In this document: positions 13,455-28,400 of the stretch, one piece after another | Layout of the letters: each line of letters begins with the position of its first letter | Numbering within the stretch: the stretch's first letter is position 1 | Assembly: GCA_905178155.1 (NCBI GenBank) | Contig: CAJINV010000002.1 | Coordinates: 9,311,412 to 9,375,411, forward strand | Length of the DNA: 64,000 nt | Direction: 5' to 3' | From: Amoebophrya sp. A120 | Taxonomy: Eukaryota; Protista; Dinoflagellata | Position numbers and translations under genes: made by a program | Notes under the pieces: generated by a model | The model's database searches: none | What the model was told of the DNA's origin: nothing | What the model saw: only the letters and a program-made list of their open reading frames with translations

Positions 13455-14853
13455 CTATCCAGGCGCAGCACCACGGGCGGGCGGGCGCGCCTCTTTCGCC
13501 CCCATGCTCCACGATTGCGCGCGCCTTGGTGGGTGGCAGTGGCGCGCGCAGCACTGGCGGGGTTGGTTCCTGGGTCGATGGCCTCACGACAAAAAGCGCG
13601 CCGCAAGGGCCCAGCAAGCGCAGCGGCGGAGATGTCGGGGATGCAATGGGCTGGGTCCTTCGAGGCCCTGCCGCTGACCTCCATGATCAAACACGCAGGC
13701 CGCCGCGCACTTGTGGTCCAAATTGGGTGGGTTCTCTTGGGTCACGAACTTGACGCGGGCCCGGTACAGGTTCGCGCTGCGCCACTTGTGCAAGTTCAAG
13801 AGCCGGCGGGCGAGGAGAACCGCGGAGGGCAAAGCCAGGCGCGACGCGAGCCCGGCCGCGCCGGCGACGCGGTTGAGGTGCGTGAAGTGGTGCGCGCGGA
13901 AATGTGTGGCGGCGCAGCGGGACCCGTTTGAAGCTCCTGCCGCAGCGCCGACGACGTACAGGGTGGCGGAAGCGCGGGCCGCCGTGCTGGCGCCGGGCGG
14001 CCGTCGAGGGAAAGGCGAGTCTCCAAAAAAAGTGGCACCCGCTGGCAGATGTTATGCAGATGCGCCGGGACTTTTCCGAGCGACAGTCTACAGACTTGGC
14101 CAGTTGCTTGGTGTCCAACTGAACAGAGCGAGGACGTTTGGGCCAGCTTCGCCAGTCGGAGGGAGTGCCAGTTAGTTTACTCAATGAGCAAACTATGCGG
14201 GACTGGTGACCTCGAGCTAGGGGGGGCGCCTCATGGACGGCCGGAAGCGGGCGGCGGGCATGCCGAATCACGTGGCCAAAAGCCCCGCAGCGGAGCACAT
14301 TCGCCCGGAGCCGCCGCCCCCGAAGCGGTTGCCGAAAGACGTGGAGCCTATTCCCGGGCCATCTACCGAGAAGCGGGCCGCCCGGGCGAGAACGGGCCCG
14401 CGGGGCTGTTCCAGGTGTGGGGCGCGCAGCTTCGGAGCCGGCTCAGGGCGCGACCCGGCGGGCCATCCGGCCGGAGCCGCAGGCACGCAGGGGGGGCCGG
14501 GGCACGCATTGGCCCCCGGCGTGGTTTTACCCGTTGTGGACCGTGGCGCCCCTCGCGGCCCGCCGGGCGGGCGCCCGCCTTTGGCGGCCGGCAAGCGCTT
14601 TCTTTGGCGCGCCGGGCCGGGAGGTGACACAGCGCGCGCCACGCTTTGCGGAATTTATTGGGCGGGCCCGCGTGCCGTTTTGTGTCCGGTTCGGCTCCCC
14701 GGCGGGGCGGTTCGGGGGCCGGCGGGGCGCGCGGACCATGCCCGCCGCGGTTTGCCGGCGGCCGGCCTGGGTGGCGGGTCGGCAAGCCGGGGAAGCCTCT
14801 CCCTCGGCTGCCAGCCGAGTAGCGCAAGAGGTCGCCATTGCAAGCCTAGTGCA
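13455..14853. mobile_element. GC-rich island, probable decayed transposable element
   Basis: Abrupt GC/CpG-rich block downstream of the ORC5-like gene; fragmentary ORFs in all frames; boundaries approximate. Confidence 0.35.
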
Positions 14854-16426
14854 GGTGTATGCGTAGCAGACATGCAGGATGAGGCCGACTAAGTAACGGG
14901 AGGCCCCCAGGGGCTAGTACATAGAAACTTAATTGTTCCTGTCTTATGTTTATTACAGCCGCTGCGTGTGCATTTGTTTCTTGGCAAGAAATTTATTCTT
15001 GCTGTTGCTCCGTGTTTTTCGTGTGTGTTTAATGCTCTCTTGTCTTTCTATATTGTCTTAGCGCTTTTCCTTTTGGTTTTGCGTGGGTCGTGTTTTACCC
15101 TCATTCTATCTGTTTACATGGTTTACAGACCACTCATTTTCTGAAAGATGATTTCGGTGTAATTTCATTGGCCGTGCGTGACAATGCCAGGTTGCAAGGA
15201 TCTAGATCTACGCCTTTCAGTTCAATTCCTTCATTGCCCTGATTGCAGATGATATCTCCAAAAGTGCCACGGGTTGGATCTAGTTTTCCAAAGATTTTTG
15301 ACGCAATAGGATTTAAAATGCGAAGCTGTGCAACTTTATTTTTTCTTTATTGATTGAAGGCGTAGGTGCCACGTCGTATTTGGTGCACGCAGAGCGATGC
15401 ACCACCTAGATCTATGTGGTGGATTGATAATACGCCAAAAAAAATTGTGGTGACTTCCCGATCTGTTGGTCATGTGATCAGAACCCTAACGCAACCATGT
15501 CTGAAGCTTCTCAAGATGATCTGAAATGCCTGTTCCCAATGAAATGACAAGACCTGAATGACCTGAACTAGCTAGATCCTAAAGGAATCTCTTCACCATT
15601 TGGCCCGAATCCCCCAAATACTACGAAGGCAAAGCCATCACGATCGGAATGAAATGAAGGGACTCCGCTCGTGTTAGACGTTCAGAATGACCATCCTGAG
15701 GGGGTTGACTCCCGTCATCAGGATCGGGCACCTAACTGACAGCATTGAGGGAGGTACTCCCATGCTGTTTAGCCACTTGACTCTGACCAGGATCAGGGTC
15801 ATTCCATGTGATGAATTTGATGACATTGAACCCACAGGATGCAACGCAGCCAGAGGCTTTCGCCCTGTCTGCTGAGAGATTGAAGTGCTGGAACTGATTG
15901 AAAGACCTGCTTAGGTAGAAGCTTTAGTCGCTCGGTGTGGCAGGTGTGTTCAAAGTCCAACGCGATCGCATAACCATGAGGGTAAGTAATTTCTTTCGTC
16001 GTCCTCGTGAGTATCAATACTGTGCTAGCGAGGATGTAAACTACTTCGCTCTCACATAGTGAGCATGTTATTTTTCAACCAGGCGACACCAATGTAACCG
16101 GTCGGCAATCTGTTAATATTTCAGCATCAGGCAGGCAAAATTATTTTTGAGCAACATGTCTTCATGTACAAGTAAAAAGAGTATTGCCAGAGTAAGACTC
16201 TACTTATCCTCCAAGCTTGATGCGTCCCTCCATCCGCATTTTACGCAAACGAGCACCAACACATGCGATTTCGATATATCAAGTTTACGATTTTCATCAG
16301 TGCGCGCACGCTCTCAAGAGCACAGTCATTGTATGATGTCAGTGAAAATGAGAAGTCACTGCCGCGGTCGTGGTTGAGAAACCACTTTAGTTTTTGGCAC
16401 AGCTGGCGGCGCACCGAAAAGCAAGG

Positions 16427-19400
16427 ATGCCGGAAACTACAAAAGTTGACGCGATGTCAGCGAGGGTCTCAGGACACGCTTCACCGGCACGAGGAAGCAG
16501 AACTGGGAGAACTTCGCCAGTGCTGGAACAAGACCCTGCTCCGACTCCCGCTGTGCCAGCGGCGCCGTTCTTCCATCTCCCTATACCGCTCTCAACTACG
16601 TCCGCAGTGGCGGACCACCTCCCCTTGCCGGTCACTGAAGAGCTGCAACCCGAGGCAATAGAACGAGATCGCCCACCCGCGTCTCCGGTAGAAGAGGATG
16701 GGGTACGACAGCCAGCTTTTCTGTTCCCAAGTGCCGGAACTGGTGGCCCTTCGCACGAAACGACCACCGCCACGGGCACGCCCCCGCTTTTGCCGCAATT
16801 GGCAGCCGCTTCGGAGCATGAAACAAATCAGCGGGCCGAAGTTCTGGACGACATAACAAGTTCAGGGATGGCGGCCACGACGAATAATTCGAACTCGCCC
16901 GCCTTTGGTGGTACCACGTCGATTGCCGTTGGAAATAATGGGCCGCTGTGCTTTCATCCATTTGTGCCTCCAGGTCCTGTCGTTGCTGGAGATGGCCCTG
17001 ACGGCCCTTCTCACCTTCTTCATCCAGGTCCACCAGCACCTAGGCCGCATAATATTCAGCTTCCACGAGGACCAGAACACGGCAATTTTCATGCTGCTGC
17101 ACCGCATAACCAAAGGATAATGGAGAAAAACGACCACGCCGCGCTGCTGCTTCCAGCAAAGAACTACGACGTCCTCGAAGCAGCGCCACACGGTGCTACC
17201 AACTTTGCGCCGTCGATCGGCGACGCTACGCCAGCTTCCCACCACGAAGAGATTCTGGACGAGGACCACAACGTGCTTCATCACGATCCTCATGGGGATG
17301 ACTACGACTACCCGGTTATGGAAGAGTGCATCAATCTGAAGGACCACCACTCCTGGAACCTGCCCGAATACTATCAGACAAATTGCGTGTACAATTCTAT
17401 GAACTACATACAGGAGGGGGAAGACCACGACCATCATGCTGGCATGCTCACACAGCACGTGCAGGTGCAGCAGCAACTAGATCAGGCGGGACATCAACCA
17501 GACGCAACAGCAGCTGCGCCGCTTGTGCTTAGTGGTGCTGGACCAGATGTTGAGGACGCCGCGGCCGTGAACGAGGCAGGTCGAGTAGGGCAGAAAAGCG
17601 CATCTTCATGTGGTCTTGATGCTACCTTTGTGACACATCATGCTCCGGGTTGTGCAGTGCCTTTGTTTGACGGTGAGGCTAGTGGTAATACAGCGGGTCG
17701 TCCTCCAGGGATGGAAATATTACACGTTGACGCCACATCGAGCACAGGAGGGGAACAGCAGCAGGATACGGATAGTTCTTCTCAACACGAAATCACTGCC
17801 CTCCAGCCTCTGCCACCGCCGCCGGTGACGTTGAGTAAGATCACCGAGGAAAATACGTCGTACGAAACGTCGTCAGCGGAGCCGACGGTCGAGTTCAGAA
17901 CCCGAAAGCAACACAAAACGAGGCAAATAACCGCTTCGTCCTCTGGTTCTGCCTCCAGTCCCGCGGCAAATGACGCCCTTGGAGTTGGAGGCGGGTTGGA
18001 TTGTATTGCGCCGACGGCGAAAAAAACAGTAGTATCAAGACGAGGCGACAGCACTACTGCGGACGAGCAAACCGGTGTTTTCGATGGTCCAAGTAGCGAC
18101 AGCGCAAGAAGAAACACGCCGGGGATCGTGAGTCTGAGTGCGGCTCAAAACAAGCCGATCATCTCAGGAGAATCCGGCGCATATTTGCAGATGCATCACA
18201 CTAGCAGCTTTGGGCTGAAAGACAGAGAGATTTTGATCAACCCGCTGGGGCGCCAAGAAGACAGTGGTGCTGAGCGACTGGGTTTCTTTGGGCAAGACGG
18301 CGAACGACCATGCCTGCAATCGCAATCGCCGTCACAACTGCGGAGCAAATCGGTAGAACAAGTACACGGCACTAGCGCGAAGAATGTTGAGCAGTGCGCT
18401 TCCCTTGAAGACGACGAGACGCAGGGGAAGCAATATCAGGAAAAGCGTGCACCTACTGAGCCCAAGGTGGCCTCTGGGCAGAGAAGAAGACGAAGGGATG
18501 AACGGTCGGGGCTCAGTCCAGATTTGCAACCTGCGGAGGGTTCGCCAAAGCGAAACAGGGCAGAAGACGAAAGCGCCACCGTAACCAAACCGACGCGAGC
18601 AGAGGCGCACCACGTTCCTCGGCAGCCTTGCTTTGAGTTGGAGAGCCATCTTCTCGCACGAACGGAAACAGTTGGAACGACGTCTTTTCACGGCTCAGGT
18701 GATGTTGATGATCTGCTCCTAGAGAACAACAAGCATAAAGTCCAGATCCCACACTCTGCGTACCTTCTAGAAGAAAGTCCGGAGAAGCGTCCAGAAACGG
18801 TAGTACGAGAACAGCGTGATGAGCCACTAGCTCTGCAGATAGAGAACGCGCCGTCGGCAGATGATTTTCATCTTCTTGCACCTAGTACGACCAGCAGCCG
18901 CCCTAGCGGCAATCTTCAGCAACTGCCGAACCGGCTGACAAGTGTCAACATGATTCCGCGCAGTGATCCCGCCCAGTTGGTCTCACGCAAGCCCAGCACT
19001 CGCTCGCCGCGGGCGAAAGAGGAGAGTACCTCCACTTCGCAGCTTGCTTCTGCGTTGGTGGAAGATGGTGCGAATAGCAGCAGAATCACCCGGCTGTCAG
19101 GGCCGCGATCCTCTACGAAAAAAGTTTCCATCGACTCGCCGCCTCCCCCATTCCGAACGGGCGTGGCTTTTTCGCCCACAACAGGCGGTGGCCGAGGAGA
19201 GGGAATAAATAAGCCGTTGGACGATGAAAATAAAGAAGCGAATCAGCCGACGCTGCTCTCCTTTCTCGACCCGGACCGGCAGCGGCAGCAAGGCGAGTAT
19301 TATTTCGCTTCGCCAACTTTCGACCGAAATTATACACAGACGGGTCGTGGCTCCGCCACCGAAAGCCACCTGCTTGGAGGTCCGGGTGCGATTTGTTCGT

Positions 19401-22400
19401 TGTCGACACCACGGCGGAGCGATAGAGCAGCACGTAGTGCCAGGGAGGTAGACACGACGAGTCAGGACAAGCACAGGGGCGGAGTAAAAAATCGAACAAG
19501 TCCCATTGTGCTGCCCGAGCAGAATGCGAGTAACGCCTGCTCAGACGCTTCGCAGAATCGTGATGGGCGGCCGATGGCGGGGCGACGTCAAGATCAAGAA
19601 AAAGAAGAGGATGAAGATTTTTGTGTGCTTCAATTGAACAAGCAGCGCGCAGATGGAGAGGATGAACAGCGGGATCATGGGCCGTTGTACCAGACGCCAT
19701 TGAGACCAAAACACAAGAGTCCAAGCACACAACTCCTTGCGAACATCGCGACGCCCAGCCGGAGTGGCAAAAAGTCCTCACTCCGAAGCCGGACGTCCTC
19801 GAAAACGAAGCAACGGCAGGGACTCGTAGCAGAGCACACCATAACGACCCAGAACGCACCTGGTACGGCGCAACAGGATGAGCATATACAACACCCCAGT
19901 AGACGAAAGCAAAAAGCAGACCCGAGCAGTGCGGGAGGCGTGAACAAGCGTAACGAAAGGGTGCAGCATGTGCAAATAAACGATGAGGTGAATAATTCTG
20001 TAGCGCAAAAATCAAGCAAAAAATCAATAGACGCTGTGCACCAGCCGGAGGATGCCTTTTCTAGAGGACCCGTGCCAGCAGGCCAGGAGACACGACAGCA
20101 ACCGCTCCCTTTGGCCACTGTCGGTGGTGCTGCACAACTTCAAAACACAACAAAGCTCCTGCAGAGTCCCGAGTACACCTACCACGACGCCCTGGAGATT
20201 TTGAACGAGTATGACGAAATATTTGAGATGAAGTACGTGGAGAACTACCAATCCAGTTCGGGAAATTCTTCGACAACATCCTGCTCGCCCCAGCAGCTGC
20301 AACAAGTTCGTAACAATTTCTACAATGCGCAACAATTCGACGACACGTACCCGCAAACGAATTTTCACCAGTTCGAGCGGGTTTTCATCAGCTTGCTTGC
20401 CGCTCTGGGCGTCCCTTTTCCCAGCTACCAGTGGCGGAAGTCCGCTTTTCGCAATTTTGGGCAGGACATGGGAGACGAAAATGCGTTTGATGGAAATTTC
20501 GATGGGCGGACCAAGAACACCCGTGCAGGTGGTAGAGCAGATCACCGAGTTGAACAAGGTGAAAAACAGCGTACGAGCAAGAGCAAGTCCAGAACATCAC
20601 GGACGTCTTCTGAAGACCGGCTGAAAGTGAGCAAGAATGACGTGTACGAGATTGGCAAGCAGTATCTGGAGGACTACTGCCAATCGCACCTGCGATCGGG
20701 CGAGGAAGATGAGGAAGAAGAAATTCTGGACGAACTAGTGTCCGATTTTGACGCTTCTGGGGAGGACGAAGAAGATCTTCGTGGCGGCCGTCGGGGTTTG
20801 GCAGGAGGCGGAGATATTAGAGGCAGGAGAGGCCACGATATGCTCGACTCGCCCGGCGATTTTGTTGTTCACCGTGGCGAGGACAGTCTAGGTCTTGATG
20901 CGCGAGAGTTTGATGAATACCAACAGCGACACCAAGGAACCCAACTGGCGCGCGGTGCTGGTCAACCTCAGTACAACAATTTTTGTCAACATCAAAATGA
21001 AATGGATCATATGCCGATCATGATGCAGGGGCAGCCTCACTACGACGAGCTGATATACCACGGTGGTCATAACTACAACGACGATCACTACCACCGCCCT
21101 TTGCTGCAGCAGCAAGCCAGTGTCGGTTCGAGTGAATTTGCAGAAGAGGAAGCGGATCATCCGGGCTTCGATTTGTACAACTCGCCTGCTGCGCTTAGAG
21201 GCCGCTTGCACGCTCGTTCCTCCATGCGCGGCGGCAACGCCGACCTGCAGCTGAACCAACAGTTGCATCATCCTGATACTAGTAGCCGCAGCAAGGGTGG
21301 GATGGTATCTACTACTTCCACCAGCGCCAGGAATTATGGCTCCACCATCTCGACCTCTGCTTTCCCGCCCCCCCTCGCCCACCCGGACAAGGATCCGCTC
21401 ACGGATTGTGAATTTTTGCTGCAGGAGCTGTGTTTCGATGCGTTCTGCGAGCGCATCTGGAACCGCGACAACTGCAACAAGCGCTTCCTCACCATGGTGC
21501 CCAGCCACCACAAGCAAACCCGGTACAGCATGACGCAAGAGAGCGTCCGTAAGACAATCGAGCGCGTGGTCACTATGCTGCCGGGCGAGATTGAAAAGAG
21601 GTTTAAAGTCGTGGATGATCTTCTTGCTCAAGACACGTCGCAAAAGGAAAACCAAAACAACCTCGGAGCTGCTGCTGGTGTCTGTGATGAGTTTTCCGGC
21701 GGTCAATTGCCACAGTCTACGACCTGGAGTGGAAGCAAGCTGAAGCGCGAACGGGAGAGGCAGGAAAAAGAGGAGAAGGACGCATGGAAGCTGCTGCATT
21801 CGTTCTTCCGGCAACCGTCGCTCAATTGGTACCTGCAGACGTTTGTGAATTTCGACCAGGAAAAGCGTGGATTCCTCTCCTGGGAGGACATCTTCGACAT
21901 CTGCAGGCAGTACCTGAAGGCGGTCCGGCAAGAAACGCTGTTGAGATTTCAGATTCCACCTGCTCCCGAGAGTTTTTCTAAAGGAACTACGCCGTCGTCG
22001 GTGAAGCCAAAGTGGAGAGCGGTGTACCGGTTCCAGGAGAAGATGCAAGTTCGGGATCAGGCGTATTGCTACGTCGACTCGGTTCTGCACAGTAGCGCTA
22101 CTGATGCTCCTTTTTCTGCGCATGCGCTGCAAGGTCACCTACTAGTACAACAGCAAAGCGGTTCATCTTCACTTGGCGGCCTTCCCCGCTTCGCCCAAAA
22201 TCACAGTACCCTGATGCAGCTCGTCCAACAGCAGCAGCAAAGCAACGTCCACAACTTCTTCCCTTGTCTGATCTTTTGCCAGGAGCTCCATCGCTACTTG
22301 GATTTAAACCTGCAGCTTTCGAAATGCGTCCACAAAATCGTCTCCGCCATGGTGACAGAAAACCGAGCTCAGATCGTTCGGATCAGCATCGAAATGCAGC

Positions 22401-25400
22401 AAGGCCATGCAATGGATACCGTGTCCCTCTACGGAGAACACAAACGGGACTTGCATTTGTGCCTGGTGCTGGAGGAACAGATTGTAGGGGTTTTACCTCC
22501 AGATCATGGCGCAGAGGGGAATCTGAACAATCGGGCGGACGACTACGCTGGAGATGATATCAACATGGGACCACGTGAGGTAGAAGTAGACACAGCAGCG
22601 CCATTTTTTCCTGGTGACAGTAATAAAGCGATGAAACGACAAAACGACCAGCAAAACAAGATGAGCACCAATCAACACGTGCAAGAAGTCGTGAACGGGC
22701 TGTTTCTGACGGAGTATGGATTGCTGCATGCGCTGTCGGAGGTGTTTCAAGCCCTTCCCGCGTTAGGGACCATTCCGCGGAAGCACTGGCAGAAGTCGGC
22801 CTTCAACAATTTTCGGGATGCCCTGCCAAAATTGCCCTTCGAAGTAGTGTTCGAAGAGACTGGTAATGGTACTACTGCTGCGACACATCAATCGCAAAGA
22901 AGCGCTCCCGGCGGTCCGGGGCAACAAGGGCAACGACTACATCAACATCTTCGACACCAGCCTCCGGGGCCCCCAAGCGTGGTCGAACTGATTCAACTCG
23001 ACTCGCTGTGGGAGATTTTGGGGCAGTTTTGTTTGCAAAAGCATGGCAAGCGCCCAGAGCTGTTCTCCTACGACCAAGACCTCCCGTTTGTGGAGCGAAT
23101 CGTGCATGAAATTCTCGAGTCGGAGCGGCAGGATGCCGAATTTCACGAACAAAATTTTCCGCATCGAACCCCAGCCGGGGGTGTAGTACAACACCATGTC
23201 GCACACCACGCCAACAATTGTACAGCTTCGGGGCACCCCCACACGTCATCGACCCAGTATCATCATGCAGGCATGCTTCCCCGTTCTACTAACAATCTCA
23301 AGCAGCATCAAAACGCGCTTCCCCTCGCCCAGCAGCCTCTGGTGCACGAGCAAGTGCAAGAACAGCAGAACAAGTTGCATGCAAATTCTTGCACGCACGC
23401 CTCCGACGGTAGGTCAACGCGATCCTCGACCTTGACCACAAAGCAGCTGGAAAAGATCAACAATTCGCATAGTTCCTCTCTCAGCCTAGCAAAGACTTCA
23501 AGAAATACTAATTGTCAAGGGGCGGAAAATAGAGCAACTATATCTCAGGCAGGTACAACTGGAACAAGCACAACCAGTATGGCGCGAGGCCCCACGCAGC
23601 GGAAGGCCAATAGCACTGGCAGTTCAGGCAGCAGCAGTAGCTCTGCGACGACGGGCGGTCATGCTGCGGTCGTGCCGGACGACGGCAGGAACATCACCGT
23701 GCAGTCGCGATGTGGCCACGAGCAAGTTGTGCAAGACCAGACGCAGAACGTGCATCTCCATGGAGGTGGCGGCTGCGGTCTCCCCAATAAAACCGCTCCG
23801 GCGAGAAGCTCCCCACCCGCAGCGATGGCGGTTGGAAATGATCCGAATAATGCACCAACTCTCCACGTCACTCCTGCCGCCTTTCGAGCAGGAGCAGGTC
23901 ACCAGGAGCAACGCCCGACTTCTTCTGCGCAGAACGAGCAGCGAGGCCGGGCGCGCTCCGCTTGTGTCGTAGGGCGCGCCGATGGGCAGTCGGGCAAAGG
24001 CGGAGATGGTGGTATGAAGGTGGTCGAAAACTACAATTGTTCCACCCAGCGTGAGTTCTTATACCATCAGACTCAAAGAACACAGCAGCGGCGCATGGAC
24101 CTGACCCATGAACAAGAAAGCCATCAAATATTTCATGATCATGCGGCTCCTCATCAACAACATCATAATACAACTTCTGCGTCTTCTACTGTCGTGCGGG
24201 AGCCAGAGCATTCGATGCTCTATGCACAAAAGATGAACACTTCACTCGACGCGGCCGCTTCGAGTTCGGCACGGCCGCACCAATACCACCAGAGTATATT
24301 AACTACAGCTCGCGATCCTGCTTTCGTTGACGTCTCTACCGCTTCAGTTCCACCTTCTGGCGGCCACCAGGAGTACTTCTACAACAAAGAGCCAGCCTAC
24401 CGTGCCCCCTTCCGGGTCGGCTACCCCCAGATTCTCTCGCAGGAGCAGTTGGCTGCCTCGGCGTTCATGAACAGCAACCCGAATCGGTATCGAACCGACC
24501 CGGAGTGGATGGTCACGGATGTGTTGGAAGAGCAGAAAATTCAGGACCGCATCGCCCGGGAGCGAGAAATCCCGAAGGGACCCGCGCTCAGCTTCCTGCA
24601 CGACCTGCTGCATCCGGTGTACTACACCAACGACCTGATCTTCGATGCGTACGAGTGCCTGGAGAAGCGCGGCGAGGGCGCGTTCGGCAAGGTGATGACC
24701 GTGCACTATCAAGTGTAAAAATGTCTGGGTCTGGAAGATTCTGAGACTTGTCATGCACGTTTTGCATGGGCCATGATGTCTGTGATGCATGCCCTAGCAT
24801 CACAGACTTTTTGAGGGCTCTGTGATGCCTATTCCGCATGGCAAATGCTCCCTCCGCGTAGCCAACATTGCATTCCCTTTGCTGCTTATGCAATACAGAT
24901 TTTTTTGGAATCCAAATGCAGCATCACAAGTTCGGATTCTTCCAGACCCAGACATTTTTACATTTGATATGCACCACCGGCGAACGAAGCAGTCGCGCGC
25001 GGCGAAGTCGATCACGTTGCGGACGAAGGAGCAGCTGAAATTGGTGGAAATGGAAATCAATTTGATGAAGCAACTGGACCACCCAAACATCCTGAAGATC
25101 TATGAGGTTTTCACCCTTCCCAAGGAGAAGCTGTTCGAGGAGATCAAAAAGATGAACGACCGCGAGAAGAAAAAGCAGCAACAGCGAGGCGGGGCGGGCG
25201 GCCGCGAGCTGCAAGTAGGTGGTGCGCCAGGAATGATGAACAACAATCCGCAAAATAATAACAAACGCGCGGACTCGGACGAATCGGCAAAGGCGGAGAA
25301 GAAGCCGGCAATCTACCTGATTCTGGAACTGTGCAACGGGGGGAGCATTTTCGAGCGTTTGGTATACCACAAGAAAACGCTACAGCGCCCCATGTCGGAG

Positions 25401-28400
25401 CGGCAGAGTGCGGGGTACTGCAAGCAGCTGCTGAACGCGTGCGCCTATTTGCACAAGTTCAACATCGTGCACCGGGACTTGAAGCCCGATAATCTGCTGT
25501 TCATGACGCGGAAGTCAGATTCGGTGTTGAAGATCATCGACTTTGGCCTCGCAGATTATGTCACCAACATCCACGCCAGCGTCAAGTTTGTGCACGTGCC
25601 TAAGGGCGGCGGGGGAGATCTTCACTATCGGGACGGTTTCAACAACAACAATAAATCCAGCAGTTCCAAGTCTTCCTCCAGCACGACCAGGCGGCGGCAG
25701 TTCCCGAAGGCCGGTACGCCGCACTACATGGCTCCGGAGGTATGAACTGCAAAAGTATCGTACTCGTATAAATGCATTACAAACTTCCTCAGAATGAGAA
25801 ATAAAATTTGTAATGCTAATTTGCCTTAAGAACAGAATTTGTAATGCATGATTACAACACGAGTACGATGCTTTTGCACAGGATAGGAGGTGCATGGCAA
25901 CAACTGGTATGACACGAAGGCGGACCTGTTTGCCTGCTATCAAAAGGAAAAATCCCCCCACCCCCTATCAAAAAGAAGTTTCTGATGCTGGACTTCAGTA
26001 CACAAATCAGATTTGTCTTGCAGTAGAGTACTGCAGGCATATCCCAAGCCTGAGCCGCGATGCTTTGGCGTAGGCTCCTAGCATGAAAAACGTCGATGGT
26101 GTAGGCCCAACAGCATCACAAACCGCCTGCATAATGCGGCGGATTCCCTGGGTTTGCCTGCATGCAAGACAGGCAGGATTTGTGGCCACAAATCCGCATT
26201 ACAGATTTTCAGAAGTAGGATGCGCTTTCAATATGGGGAGGGGGGATTTTTCCTCTGAATACCTGCGGGGTGATCCTCTGCCAGATGCTGTCGGGCGAAC
26301 ACCCGTTTTTTACCCCGGGCCGCGACACGGCGAAGTCGTCGAAGCAACGGATTTTGTCGTCCGCGCCCGTGCTAGAGGAGAAGATTTGGAAAAACATTTC
26401 GAAAAAAGCGCTGGACTTGGTCAAGAAGCTGCTCGAGAAAAACCCAGACAGAAGGTTGTCGGCCAAAGAAGCTTTGAAGCACCCTTGGTTTGCGGAAATT
26501 GACCGACAGAACGCGGATATTTTGGCGAAAACCACCAGCAGCACGTCGTCCTCATCGGCAAACAATAATAAAACGACGAGCGGTAGTTCGACGTTGATGA
26601 ATGGGGCGCACGCAAAAGGAGCGGTGGCGGGTGGAGCTGTTGCAGCGCACCAACATCCCGGAGTTGTGATCAAAGACACGACGTCGGCTGGCGCAGCTGC
26701 AAAGAAGTACTACCGAGACAGAAACAACGCTGCAGAAACAGTTGGGGTCGCGAAAACTAATGCTGGAGAGGGTTCTGCTGACAAAATGAACCCTGGAATT
26801 ATGCAGGGTGCTATTTGGCCGGCGCCCGGCGCCGAAAATAAAAACGCGATGTTAGTTCCGAACCCACCGATGAACCATGGCTGCTATCTTGTTCCACCAA
26901 ATGTGATTAGGCAACAATGGCCGGGAACACCGATCTGGGAAGTAGATTCGGACTACGGAGAAGTCATAAACCAGCAGGCAGCTGCTGCCCAGTGGGCAGC
27001 AAGAGCCGGAGGAATTGCACCTCAGTTCGGTGCAGCCAATGACTCGAGTCTTTCCGGTGCCGCGCGTCTCCGACCTGTGAACGCACGCCCAGAGGTGGAC
27101 GTAACGCCCTATCAAATGTAAAAATGTCTGGGTCTGGAAGAATGCAATTTGTCATGCTAAATCTGAAGCATGTATAAAATCTGTGTTGCATGATTACCAG
27201 GAGAATGTCCCGCAACGGGGTTCGCCTATGTCGGTCATTTGTATGCGAGGCGATGGGTTACCCGGTCGGCAGAGCCGATCCACACGAACGATGTGTTGCA
27301 TGATTACCAAAAGTCGTCCATTTTTGACCGAGTCGGGAGGGAGTTTCTCATGCAGGATAGGCATGAGAGAGATCGCACAGAATCTGTCATGCTAGGTCCT
27401 GCATTCCAGACCTCATGGGGCATGGAAAATCTGCATGAAAAATCGCGCATTCTTCCAGACCCAGACATTTTTACACTTGATACGCCCACTAGCTCAGCGA
27501 ATGCGCAAGAGCGAGCGGCTGCGGAAGCCGCGTTTGCCGCCCTTGACACAAGTCCAAGCGCACGAACAACGTTGCTGACCCTGCCCTCGCTGCCAGGTGG
27601 ACCTGCCGCTGATCCGTACGAGATCTCTGGGGGTGTACTGGCAGGTCCGCAGAGAAATGGCCCCAATGGTGGCTTTGGCAATCTTGCTGTGGAATGGAAG
27701 AATAATGGAGACGTGCAGGTCTTCAGCTATCGTCCCAGCGAGATCCAATTTACTCGGGACGATTCTGCCAGTGAGCAAAGAAAAGCCAACAGTGCAGGCA
27801 AAAATGCTGGCTCAGATGACAAACAGAGCAAAAGGACCAAAAAGGATCTTCAGGCTGATTCGAGTTCTAGCTCAACAAGCTTGCAAAATACGAGGAGCTA
27901 CACCTACAACACGCTGGCGCGCACAACAACACAGGGACAGCAGCAGCTACTTCTGAGCCGCCAACTAAGCGTGACGCCTCCACTAAACCAGCAACACCTT
28001 GTATTACCGAGAGCCGGTGTTCCTACTGCTGGTGCTGCAGGTGCAGTTGGCGTGAATGCACAGAATGCACAAGGCTGGAACAATTACAATCTTTCAAATC
28101 CGTACATGCAGATGATGACAGATGGCACTTTCATCAACCAGCAGTTCAACCTGGCATTTCCGCCGAACGGCCCACCATTCGTGATGAACAATATGGCGGC
28201 AGGAGCGGCACCTCCTCCGTTTTACAGCAACTACCCCGGCGCGCTCGCACCGGTAGGCGCCTTGTCCAACAATGGGCTATTTCCGTTTCCCACGGGGCCC
28301 GGCGCGGGCGCAGAAATGGGAGCCTTCGCCGGGACGACGCACCAAACACTGGCTCTCGGAACTGCAAACTCTTGCGAGCAGCAGCAACAGGGGCACCAGG

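Noticed and set aside
15600-16017. Minus-strand KFITWN / MVILNV fragments reminiscent of a LINE endonuclease
   Set aside because: Too short and interrupted by stops; other APE motifs are absent.
20888-22138. 416-aa antisense ORF
   Set aside because: Shadow of the long + strand CDS.
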